NCBI GenBank assembly: GCA_030637065.1
Contig: DAOVVQ010000001.1
Coordinates: forward strand, 1-37,005
Reading direction: 5' to 3'
Source of the DNA: Planctomycetota bacterium
GTDB taxonomy: Bacteria; Planctomycetota; Phycisphaerae; Sedimentisphaerales; Anaerohalosphaeraceae
Length of the DNA stretch: 37,005 nucleotides
Below, in pieces: positions 16,390-24,639 of the stretch (the first letter of the stretch is position 1; every line of letters starts with the position of its first letter). The notes under the pieces are model-generated. The model saw only the letters and a list, made by a program, of their open reading frames with translations. It had not been told where the DNA came from and did not search any database. Made by a program: the position numbers and the translations under genes.

Positions 16390-17466
16390 TTGGGCTTGAA
16401 GCATATATTTATGGGCCATAAAGACATTTTTGGTCTCGATATTGGCGTCTCCTGTGTCAATGCTGTCTGGCTGCGCAAAGACGAGGGCGATTATCGTGTT
16501 ATCGCCGCTGGTCGCAAGAGGGTAGCCCATGCCAGCCGCGGTCAACTTGCCCCCGATGCCCTCATTATCAAGGCGATACGAGAATGTGTCAAATCTGTGA
16601 AGATTAAGACCAAATATGCGGTTTGCAGTTTGTCCGGCAATGACATTGCGTTGCGGCGTTTCGAATTTCCTGTCGTCAGTGACGATGAACTTGCCAATGC
16701 GGTGCTGTTTGAGGCCGAACAGGTCTGCCCGTTCGAAGAGGGCCAGTTTATAGTTGACTACCAGTTGATGAACAATAACAGGCTGGGCTCGAAGAAACTC
16801 GACGATCAGAGTTCCGATGGCCTGACATGTGGTATTCTTGTCGCGGCAATGGCGGATGTCATCGGTCACAGAAATCAACTTGTACGAAAGGCCGCTTTGA
16901 ATTGTGTACTAATGGATATTGACGGCCTGGCCCTGCTGAACTGTTATTTGGAGTGCGAAAAACAGGAGGCGGGCAAAACAACAGCGCTGCTTCATATTGG
17001 GGATAGTTTCAGTAATCTGGTGATACTTCCTGACGGTGGATTGCCGTTTGTGCGGGATATTCCACATGCAGCCACTGAGATTATCGGTCGGGTCAGCACC
17101 GAACATGTCTCGCCAGATGCGATTCGAGACACTTTTTACGGCTGGAGGCAGGATGGACGCCATGACCAGACGATACGCAGCGGTATGGCGGCGGCATGTA
17201 CACCGTTGATCGCGGAAGTTACGGAAACCCTGCGGTATTACGCACTGCATGAAGGCCAGGCGGTGGATAAGATATTTGTTTGTGGGCATCTTGGCGCCGG
17301 TCAGGATACGTGTGAATTGCTCGATGCCAGGCTTTCACCAAAAGTGGTCTTGTGGAACCCGTTCGAGAAAATGAGATGCGACAGTAACTGTCGCGGATTC
17401 GATATTATCAAGGCGCACGGCCCTTCGCTTGCTCTTGCGGCGGGTCTGGCGATGAGGACAATTTAG
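16390..17466 (+). CDS. pilM: PilM-like actin-fold assembly protein
   Basis: 358 aa. N-terminal GLDIG phosphate-1-type motif. Its size and its position immediately upstream of two small bitopic proteins match pilMNO operons. GAGGGAG lies 7 nt upstream of TTG 16390; the ATG at 16411 has no SD. Confidence 0.7.
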   Translation: MGLKHIFMGHKDIFGLDIGVSCVNAVWLRKDEGDYRVIAAGRKRVAHASRGQLAPDALIIKAIRECVKSVKIKTKYAVCSLSGNDIALRRFEFPVVSDDELANAVLFEAEQVCPFEEGQFIVDYQLMNNNRLGSKKLDDQSSDGLTCGILVAAMADVIGHRNQLVRKAALNCVLMDIDGLALLNCYLECEKQEAGKTTALLHIGDSFSNLVILPDGGLPFVRDIPHAATEIIGRVSTEHVSPDAIRDTFYGWRQDGRHDQTIRSGMAAACTPLIAEVTETLRYYALHEGQAVDKIFVCGHLGAGQDTCELLDARLSPKVVLWNPFEKMRCDSNCRGFDIIKAHGPSLALAAGLAMRTI

Positions 17467-17467
17467 C

Positions 17468-18103
17468 ATGTTAACAATAGATCTACTAAAAGGTCAGGGT
17501 ATTCCTATAAAGAGCAGACCCGGTGGGGCTACGCTCCTGGCCATCTCGATCGCCATGCCGGTCATCGTGACGATCTTCGGGCTCGGCGACTATATGCGCA
17601 GTAACATAGTACTATCTACGAAATGGCAGGATGTGGCAAGAAAGGAAAGTGAAATTTCCGAACTCGCCGAATCTATGCGGGCACACGAGGACTCTCAGCG
17701 CGAGGCGATACAGATCAACAGTTGCCTGGGCGAACTCGGCGAGATTATGGACCAGCAGTTGCAGTGGTCCCCGATCCTGGAAGTGGTGGCACGCAATGTC
17801 CCGGATGCCATTGTTCTCGAAGAGCTTGTAGTCCAGTCGGAAAACGTATTCAAGACAGTTCCGCTCCGTCGGGATACTACCAAAAATATCACCATTTCGG
17901 TCCCAAGAAGGCGGCTGATCCTGAATATTTACGGTAAGTTGGGTGTAGACAGCGATGAGGCGGTCCTGACTTTTCTTCATAAGTTGGCTGCCTCGGAGGT
18001 CCTAAAGCAGAGGGTGGCTAATATCCGCAAGTTGTCGCAAAAGACGGATGAAAAAAATGAGATCATGCATTATACGATAGAGTGCGTTTTTAAGGTCAAT
18101 TAG
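17468..18103 (+). CDS. pilN: PilN-like bitopic inner-membrane protein
   Basis: 211 aa. MLTIDLLKGQG... resembles the PilN INLLP N-terminus. Single TM LLAISIAMPVIVTIFGL followed by a coiled-coil-like region. Starts 2 nt after the pilM stop. Confidence 0.55.
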   Translation: MLTIDLLKGQGIPIKSRPGGATLLAISIAMPVIVTIFGLGDYMRSNIVLSTKWQDVARKESEISELAESMRAHEDSQREAIQINSCLGELGEIMDQQLQWSPILEVVARNVPDAIVLEELVVQSENVFKTVPLRRDTTKNITISVPRRRLILNIYGKLGVDSDEAVLTFLHKLAASEVLKQRVANIRKLSQKTDEKNEIMHYTIECVFKVN

Positions 18104-18116
18104 GTACCAGTGTTTT

Positions 18117-18698
18117 ATGAAGCCGATACATAAAAAATTTCTTGTTACGATCACAATACTCTGGGCAATGGCTGTAGCCACATTTGCCGGACTTCATTTT
18201 TTGCTTCTGAGTCCCCAGAAAGAGGCGATGCTTCTTGTCAATGAGAAACTTGCTCAAAAGGTCGAGGAACTTGAGCAGTATCAGGCTGTCGGATTGCCGG
18301 GAGTTCGCATCGAATGGGACGAGCGGATAGAAACGATGAGTGCGAATCTGGGCCAATATGTGGCCAATCCTCAAAATCTCGACAGGCTTGCCTTCAGTAT
18401 AAGCAGGATAGCCAACGAGATCGGTGTAAAAGGGTTCTCAAGCAAGGAACTGGGAGAAAAGTCATACGCCGAAATGCCGAATTATGACTATATTGGTCGC
18501 AGCAGTACATCGGTTAGTTTTATCGGTACGTTCAATCAGCTTGCCCAGTTTATAAATGCCCTCGAGCGTCACGGACCGGTCGTATTTCTTGATGAGTTTA
18601 CAATTTCAAAGGTCCGCCGCGTCGAGAACGAAAGCCAGGTTCATATCTTATACAATATGTATGTCAGAATGGAAAATGAAGAGGTCGTCCCCGAATAA
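18117..18698 (+). CDS. pilO: PilO/GspM-like bitopic inner-membrane protein
   Basis: 193 aa. Single TM LVTITILWAMAVATFAGLHFLLL, then a coiled coil (EKLAQKVEELEQYQ) and an alpha/beta C-terminal part. Assigned mainly by position after pilM/pilN. Confidence 0.5.
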   Translation: MKPIHKKFLVTITILWAMAVATFAGLHFLLLSPQKEAMLLVNEKLAQKVEELEQYQAVGLPGVRIEWDERIETMSANLGQYVANPQNLDRLAFSISRIANEIGVKGFSSKELGEKSYAEMPNYDYIGRSSTSVSFIGTFNQLAQFINALERHGPVVFLDEFTISKVRRVENESQVHILYNMYVRMENEEVVPE

Positions 18699-18758
18699 AA
18701 CAGTCAGTCCAGGGGTCGGTAGAAAGTCGAATTACTGTTAACGGTGTCAGGACAGAAA

Positions 18759-19538
18759 ATGAAAGTAATAGCGGTTGCAAATCAGAAAGGCGGATGCGGC
18801 AAGACCACCACTACGGTCAATCTTGCAGCGGCGTTTGCCCGAATGAACAAACGCGTTCTGGCGATCGATTTTGATCCTCAGGGCCATGCCGCGTTGGGGC
18901 TGGGGTACAATCTGTCGGATGCCGGGCATGGTATATATGATGCCCTGACGAACATGCAGATCCCGATATCGAGGGTTATCAGACGCACTTATATTCCGGG
19001 AGTCTATCTGGCGCCAAGTAATATCCTGCTTTCCGGGGTGGAGACCGAACTTGCCATGCGCCCCAGCCGCGAATATGTTCTCAGGCAACTGCTTGCAGAC
19101 CTCGGCGACAGCTACGATCTGTGTCTTATCGACTGCTCACCGTCGTTGGGGCTCCTGACCCTGAATGCCCTGGTTGCAAGCGATGAGGTGCTGATACCTG
19201 TTCAGACGCATTATTATGCGATCGAAGGTTTGAAGCAATTGCTCGAAACGGTAGACATTGTAAAGGGCCGTTTCAATCCTGCTTTGCAGATCAGCGGTAT
19301 GCTCCTGACGTTCGTGGAAAACAGGACGCTTTTGAGTCGCGATGTTCAGCGTCAACTGAGAGAATATTTTGGAGAGATGGTTTTTGACACGATGATTCAC
19401 AGGAATGTACGATTGGCCGAGGCTCCCAGTGCGGGCGAGTCGGTTATCACCTATGACGAAAAGAGTCGTGGTGCGAGAGAATACATGCAATTAGCCGAAG
19501 AGGTGTTCAATGGACAAGCGAAAAGCTGGACTGCATAG
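18759..19538 (+). CDS. Soj/ParA-family (deviant Walker A) ATPase embedded in the pilus/secretion locus
   Basis: Track ORF 18744..19538. The ATG at 18759 (AGGA upstream) gives MKVIAVANQKGGCGKTTTTVNLAAAFARMNKRVLAIDFDPQGHA.., plus DLCLIDCSPSLG (Walker B) and ..RNVRLAEAPSAGESVITYD... This is canonical Soj/ParA by eye. 259 aa. No parB-like gene is adjacent. Confidence 0.85.
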   Translation: MKVIAVANQKGGCGKTTTTVNLAAAFARMNKRVLAIDFDPQGHAALGLGYNLSDAGHGIYDALTNMQIPISRVIRRTYIPGVYLAPSNILLSGVETELAMRPSREYVLRQLLADLGDSYDLCLIDCSPSLGLLTLNALVASDEVLIPVQTHYYAIEGLKQLLETVDIVKGRFNPALQISGMLLTFVENRTLLSRDVQRQLREYFGEMVFDTMIHRNVRLAEAPSAGESVITYDEKSRGAREYMQLAEEVFNGQAKSWTA

Positions 19539-20343
19539 AAAGGTCTCATCTATCTTTGATGGTGTGCCCGTTCAGAAGGGTGGCGATGCAGCCGGTCCCG
19601 GTGAAAACCGCCCGAGTCAGCCGGCAGGCAGCGATGATGCCCGGCTTCAGGGTCCCGGAGATGTTTCCGGAAGTGGTGTCGGTGCATCACGATCCGATAC
19701 GCACAGGGCGACATTGGCAGAGAGGCTTATGGGCCATGGCGGAGGAAACGTTCCTTCGTCGCAGGCAGCCATTGCCAGAGGTGCCGGAAAGAAGCAATTC
19801 AAACTCTCGGGAAAAATACCCGGCGTCAGCGATGCGAAACGCAAGATAATGATTACCTTGTTGCCGATACTTTTGATAGTCCTTTGTGCAGCGCTCTATC
19901 CGACACTTTATCCCGCATCCGATCTTGCAAAAACGATAACCGATCTTGCCGGAGTGGATTCGGTGGGCCCCGGCCCGATGGTCGCAGTTAACAATACTGT
20001 TGCATGGACAGTTCCGCCGGTTTATCCGGAGGAACTTCGTGATCCTATGGATGTGCGGACGGCGGAGACGCTGGCTGGGGCGAATGTAAACCCCGAAGAT
20101 ATCGTCGGAGAAGGCGATGTTGTTGTCGGTGACGTCGGGGAAGACCAAGAGGAAGTTGATGTCGGCAAGGATATCAAAATAAAGAGCATTTATTTCAGTC
20201 AGAAAGGCAAGTCCATCGTTGTCGATGAAGAAATTCTTTACGAGGGAGACGTTTTCGCAGGCGCTACGATCCTCAAGATCAATGAGGCTGATGTCGAGTT
20301 CGAAAGGAATGGCGCCAATTTCTCCAGAAATCTTTACCCGTAG
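19510..20343 (+). CDS. Bitopic protein: basic N-terminal peptide + ~110-aa low-complexity cytoplasmic region + TM + periplasmic PilP/GspC-like C-terminal domain (tentative)
   Basis: 277 aa. The ATG overlaps the parA-like gene by 29 nt. Sequence: MDKRKAGLHRKVSSIFDG.., then a G/P/S-rich stretch, then TM IMITLLPILLIVLCAALYPTLY. The C-terminus IKIKSIYFSQKGKSIVVDEEILYEGDVFAGATILKINEADVEFERNG has the beta-sandwich pattern seen in PilP/GspC HR domains. Located immediately upstream of the secretin. Confidence 0.5.
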   Translation: MDKRKAGLHRKVSSIFDGVPVQKGGDAAGPGENRPSQPAGSDDARLQGPGDVSGSGVGASRSDTHRATLAERLMGHGGGNVPSSQAAIARGAGKKQFKLSGKIPGVSDAKRKIMITLLPILLIVLCAALYPTLYPASDLAKTITDLAGVDSVGPGPMVAVNNTVAWTVPPVYPEELRDPMDVRTAETLAGANVNPEDIVGEGDVVVGDVGEDQEEVDVGKDIKIKSIYFSQKGKSIVVDEEILYEGDVFAGATILKINEADVEFERNGANFSRNLYP

Positions 20344-20512
20344 CGTCGCAGAACCGAACCGGATCGGAACAATGATCCGCAAAACACGATTCTCTCCGGG
20401 ATACCGGATATTGTGATGGTCCTATAATAACGATTAAAGGGGTGATACGGGCTGTCGATGAATTCAGGGGTGGCTAAAAAGTATTGAAATTGGTCTCGTG
20501 GGGCGATTTTTG

Positions 20513-20541
20513 TTGATTTTTTGAGACGATCCTGTTATAAT
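20513..20541 (+). promoter_or_regulatory. Sigma70-like promoter upstream of the secretin gene
   Basis: TTGATT (20513-20518), a 17-nt spacer, then TATAAT (20536-20541), ~180 nt upstream of the ATG at 20720. Confidence 0.45.
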
Positions 20542-20719
20542 AATGCCGTCTAAGCAGGTATAGACAAAGGGTTTACGTAAGGGAGGCAGACGGTGATGAA
20601 GTGTTCCTCATTTCAGGAAGCGGTCTTCGCAAATGCTGCGATGGCGGTCTCCCTTGCGCTGGAAAAATGTTCAAACGACCAATATAGTGGGGTGAATCCG
20701 AAATAGATCGGGGGTTACA

Positions 20720-22159
20720 ATGAGTATCGGGGTGAAAAGTTTCTCTAAGAATTGTCTTTTGGCATGTGTGACAGCCTTGCTCTGTCTCGTCCCAGCCGCA
20801 GATGCGCAGGATCAATCTTCCGGCATCCATGACCAAAGGGTGATCACTGAGGCGCAGAGGAGACTACAGACCAACGTCAGTTACAAGTGCAGGGACATGT
20901 CCATAGACCTGGTACTTGACCAGTTGTCCGACCAGGCCGATATCGACATCATCAAGAGCCCAAAGGTTATCGGCAACGTAACCGTCAAGGTGACCGATGT
21001 GCCCCTGGACGAGGCGCTCAAGATCATCCTCGAGGTTCACGGATGGACTTACATACCCAGCGAAAACATGATCAAGGTAATTCCCATCGATGAAGTTGAG
21101 GTCGCTGCCACGAGGCTTGGAACGCAAATCTATCAAATCACCTATGCCGATGTCACTGAGGTTGCCTCCGCCTTAAAAGAATTCATCAAGGACCAGGGCT
21201 CGATTGCCGTAAATAAAGGCACCAGCAATATAATTGTTACCGCCAACGAAAACATGATCAAATCGATAAATCAGTTCGTCGAAGAGATCGACCGCATAAC
21301 ACAGCAGGTTCTCGTTGAGGTCCAGATATATGATGTAACAAGTACGGGTCGTCTTGACATAGGTATTGACTGGAATGCAGGGCGAACTACGACTTTTGGC
21401 GAGTCAAGTGAGGATAGTGTCCCGTTCCTTGGCAGTGATGAGGCTCGCCCGCTTACAGGCGGTGCGCATGAGCCCTACGGTAAAGCCAGTTTCAGTGGAG
21501 CGACAACGTTTACCGAGGCTGCGGAAGGCACGCTGGATATTGGCATATTGAATTCGCACATAAATGTGCGGGCTATTCTGCACTTGCAGGAAGAGGTCGT
21601 CTCGGCAACTTTGCTTGCAAATCCCCGGGTACTTGTGCTGAATAATGAAACAGCGACATTTAAGAGTGTAAGCGAGTTTCCGTATGTAGACGAGAGTCAA
21701 AGCTCCTATGGTGGGAGTCTGACTACGATCCAGTTTAAGGAGGTAGGCGTGGAACTCGATGTTACTCCGCATATTGCCAGAGATGGGATGATTCGGATTA
21801 AGATCACGCCTTCGTTCAGTGTTAAGGTCGGTGAGGTCAGCGGAGTTCCTGTCGTCGATTCACGTGAGGCCAACACAGTAACACTGGTAAGAGACGGCCA
21901 GACGGTTGTGTTAGGTGGTTTGCGAAAGAAGGAATCTACCAAACAGATCAACAAGATACCCTTGCTGGGTGATTTGCCTCTGATTGGCGGACTCTTCAGA
22001 TCCGAAGGCGAACAGGAAATAACCAATGAGCTGGTTGTCTTTATAACGCCAAGAATTATCGACGAGCCGGTACTATCCGATATTGAGGCCAGTCAGCTTA
22101 CGGAAATGAGTTTTCCCGCTCCTGAGATCACGGAGACAAAGGAGTATCATCTTGATTAG
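20720..22159 (+). CDS. gspD: Outer-membrane secretin (GspD/PilQ family)
   Basis: 479 aa. Signal peptide MSIGVKSFSKNCLLACVTALLCLVPAADA. N-domain-like repeats. C-terminal secretin signature VVLGGLRKKESTKQINKIPLLGDLPLIGGLFRSEGEQEITNELVVFITPRII. Confidence 0.9.
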   Translation: MSIGVKSFSKNCLLACVTALLCLVPAADAQDQSSGIHDQRVITEAQRRLQTNVSYKCRDMSIDLVLDQLSDQADIDIIKSPKVIGNVTVKVTDVPLDEALKIILEVHGWTYIPSENMIKVIPIDEVEVAATRLGTQIYQITYADVTEVASALKEFIKDQGSIAVNKGTSNIIVTANENMIKSINQFVEEIDRITQQVLVEVQIYDVTSTGRLDIGIDWNAGRTTTFGESSEDSVPFLGSDEARPLTGGAHEPYGKASFSGATTFTEAAEGTLDIGILNSHINVRAILHLQEEVVSATLLANPRVLVLNNETATFKSVSEFPYVDESQSSYGGSLTTIQFKEVGVELDVTPHIARDGMIRIKITPSFSVKVGEVSGVPVVDSREANTVTLVRDGQTVVLGGLRKKESTKQINKIPLLGDLPLIGGLFRSEGEQEITNELVVFITPRIIDEPVLSDIEASQLTEMSFPAPEITETKEYHLD

Positions 22160-22250
22160 TAAGCAGGTCTGGGTTGGTGCATTCTGATCGAGATGTTCAT
22201 TTCGTTGGTTGGCAGGGGGGCTGCGTTTTGTTTCGATCTGCCCGTGTAGC

Positions 22251-23759
22251 TTACAAGCCGAACTTATCCTGCCAGTATTGGAGATAGTCCTCCGGGCTGA
22301 CGCCGGCGGCGAAGCCCCGGCCCTCCATACTGTTTACATAGCCGGACTCCATGCCATCCATAACATCCTGAGTGACCTCAGTATCCTCCATCTGTTGGCC
22401 CTGATCGCCGGTCAGGGCGATCCAGTTGTCTAATTCGTCGCTCAACTGATCCTGAATGGTCTGATACTGGCCCTGGCCGGCTAAATTATTTATCTCATGC
22501 GGATCGGCGTGCAAGTCGTAAAGCTCCTCCATCGGCCTGGCGGGCGCCATGAACTTATCCTGAGCCGGCGTAAGCTGGCCGCTGTTGTGAAGGACCCACA
22601 GGACGGTCAGCGCCGGATAGGACTTCCATTTGTAGGCGTTAAACGAGGTATAAGGGCCCGGCATATAGTAATCGCCGTAGAGCGATGTGTAGGGCTGATT
22701 CGGGAAGTAATTTCGGATGTACTTGTATTGCTTGCTGCGAACGCAGCGGACGCGGTCGTATGTCCCATCGTGGCGGTCGCGTGCGGCGAAGATGTAATCG
22801 CGTTTTTCCCTGCCCTGGCCTAAGAAGTCCCGGCCCTGCATGTGCCCCGGCGGCGTAAAACCGATCGCTTCGAGACAGGCTGGGCCGAAATCGATCGCAC
22901 TTACCAGATCGTCGCTGACCGTATTGGCCCGTAAGCGCCCGGGCCAGCGGATCAAAAGCGGAACCTTGATCCCGCCGTCGTAGAGGAACTGTTTGCCGCG
23001 AACGTGGCTCCTACCGTGGTCGCCGAAGAAGAACACTATCGTATTATCCGCCAGACCGTCATCTTCCAGCCGCTGAAGGACGGCGCCGACCTTGCCGTCG
23101 AGAATCTGCGCAGATTCAAGATAGTCGGCCCAGTCCCGGCGAACGATGGGGTGATCGGGATAGTAGGGGGGCAGTTCGACCTTGTCGGGGTCGATGGGAT
23201 TGTCGGGGTCGTTTACGAAGCCCCGGTGCGTCTGCTTGAAATTGACCTGCGCATAGAAGGGCTGATCGCCGTCGCGTTGTCTCCAGTCCGTGCCGTCGAA
23301 GGGCTTGGACCATGTAAAGTTGAAATCGGTCTTTCCCGGCTGCGTCCAGTTGCCGTCCTTGCAGTTGCACGTGAAATATCCTGCCTGGCGGAAGTAATCG
23401 GTGATGACTTTTACGTTTTCGGGTATGGTGTAGCCGTCGCCGCGGTGGCTGCGATGATGGTGGGCTCCGATCGCCGTCTGGTACATCCCGGTCATAAATC
23501 CCGAGCGGCTCGTCGAGCAGACCGGCGAGGCGGTAAACGCATTGGTAAATCGCACCCCGTCGCTGGCGAGATTGTCGAGGTTGGGCGTTTTCACCTCCGG
23601 CGTGCCATAACAGCCGAGATCAGGCGAAAAATCCTCGGCGATCAGCCAGAGAATATTCGGCTTTTTGGAGGAGTTAAAATCGACTTGGAGCGACCGGTTA
23701 GAAAGCAGTGCCCCGCCTGCAACGGCTGCGGACCTTCTCAAAAAATCACGCCGATCCAT
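22251..23759 (-). CDS. Tat-exported sulfatase (arylsulfatase A family) with non-canonical C-S-T-S-R active-site motif
   Basis: Track ORF 22251..23834. The ATG at 23759 (GGGAGGA upstream) gives the Tat signal MDRRDFLRRSAAVAGGALL. Other landmarks: PNILWLIAEDF, SPVCSTSRSGFMTGMY, FFFGDHG. 502 aa. Confidence 0.9.
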   Translation of the reverse strand: MDRRDFLRRSAAVAGGALLSNRSLQVDFNSSKKPNILWLIAEDFSPDLGCYGTPEVKTPNLDNLASDGVRFTNAFTASPVCSTSRSGFMTGMYQTAIGAHHHRSHRGDGYTIPENVKVITDYFRQAGYFTCNCKDGNWTQPGKTDFNFTWSKPFDGTDWRQRDGDQPFYAQVNFKQTHRGFVNDPDNPIDPDKVELPPYYPDHPIVRRDWADYLESAQILDGKVGAVLQRLEDDGLADNTIVFFFGDHGRSHVRGKQFLYDGGIKVPLLIRWPGRLRANTVSDDLVSAIDFGPACLEAIGFTPPGHMQGRDFLGQGREKRDYIFAARDRHDGTYDRVRCVRSKQYKYIRNYFPNQPYTSLYGDYYMPGPYTSFNAYKWKSYPALTVLWVLHNSGQLTPAQDKFMAPARPMEELYDLHADPHEINNLAGQGQYQTIQDQLSDELDNWIALTGDQGQQMEDTEVTQDVMDGMESGYVNSMEGRGFAAGVSPEDYLQYWQDKFGL

Positions 23760-23849
23760 AATTGATGTCCTCCCGGTGCCTGGGCTCCGATAAATCAGGA
23801 TTCCCGATTCACAGAGGCCAAAGCAATTCTGCAAAATATTAGCATAGCT

Positions 23850-23878
23850 AATATATCATACCAGCCCCGAAAATGCAA
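23850..23878 (-). promoter_or_regulatory. Sigma70-like promoter for the sulfatase gene, overlapped by a perfect 8-3-8 palindrome
   Basis: On the minus strand: TTGCAT (23878-23873), a 17-nt spacer, then TATATT (23855-23850). The palindrome ATATTAGC-ATA-GCTAATAT occupies 23836-23854. Confidence 0.4.
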
Positions 23879-24252
23879 GTTTTGAGGGTATTGACCGCCC
23901 CAAAACCGGCTTTCGCACCCCAGCCGGTGCGATACGCGCAAGAAGAAGCGGCACCAAGGAGGAAGGTACCGCTTTTTCTCAGCCCAAGCCCGCCGAAGCG
24001 AGCCCGGCATTTCAGGAAGGAGGAGAACTCATTAAAATCCATTTTAGCCATTGTCTTAAGGTACTCGAGATCTCTGAAAAACCAAGACACCCTTGCTATG
24101 GTCGTTGTTTTTGGAACAAAAACAAACCTGGCACTGGAATACACCCTGTTTTTCAGGGAACCCACTTAATATACGTCACAGCACCAATCCGGTTCGCCAT
24201 AACCTGGAAAATAGTGGCCGGGCAACATGTTAGCCAAGTTTAACATACGTTT

Positions 24253-24335
24253 TGTCATTCCCGCGAAGGCGGGAATCCAGCATAAAACAGCATCCGCCAG
24301 AGGCGGAGTCCTGCCTCCCTGCATTTGGCTAAAAT
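24253..24335 (+). repeat. REP-like double-hairpin dispersed repeat, copy 1
   Basis: TGTCATTCCCGCGAAGGCGGGAATCCAGCATAAAAcAGCATCCGCCAgAGGCGGAgTCCTG.. The first 35 nt are identical to 35613-35647. Hairpins are TTCCCGC-GAAG-GCGGGAA and CCGCC-AGA-GGCGG. Intergenic. Confidence 0.8.
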
Positions 24336-24442
24336 GTTACGAAAATAGTATTCTGCGGGGAATATGTACCCAGCGACAGCGGAAGGATGCAAGACCCGGC
24401 TGTTACACAAGACCTGGCTGTTAACAACGACGGATGGCTGTA

Positions 24443-24480
24443 AAAAAAGACGGCGTCGCTTCCCGCAACGCCGCCTTTTA
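24443..24480 (-). terminator. Intrinsic terminator downstream of the second sulfatase gene (hairpin flanked by A7 / T4, potentially bidirectional)
   Basis: Read on the minus strand: GGCGGCGTTGCG-GGAA-GCGACGCCGTC followed by TTTTTTT. It lies ~160 nt after the stop at 24640. Confidence 0.5.
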
Positions 24481-24639
24481 TCTACGCAGGCTAACTGGTT
24501 TTAAAAGGAGGAAGATGATATTCGATTTATTATTGCCTTGCTTCCTCTTTCACCCTCATATACGAACACCACAACAGGGTGTTCAAAAAAATCTGGAAAA
24601 TTTCTTTCGATCAGGCGCAAATATGGCATGGTGCCGCTG

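Noticed and set aside
24227-24424. 65-aa ORF translating ..FVIPAKAGIQHKTASARGG..
   Set aside because: The conserved part is just the translated REP-like hairpin, and the same DNA recurs at 35613 in a non-coding context. It is not a gene.
23760-24639. 880-nt gap between the two sulfatase genes containing track ORFs 23848..24165(-) and 23873..24169(+). I considered a missed regulator or a gene remnant.
   Set aside because: Neither ORF has an SD, motifs or a plausible composition, and they overlap each other on opposite strands. I treat the region as non-coding (promoter, REP-like element, terminator). A BLASTX for decayed gene fragments would be the decisive check.
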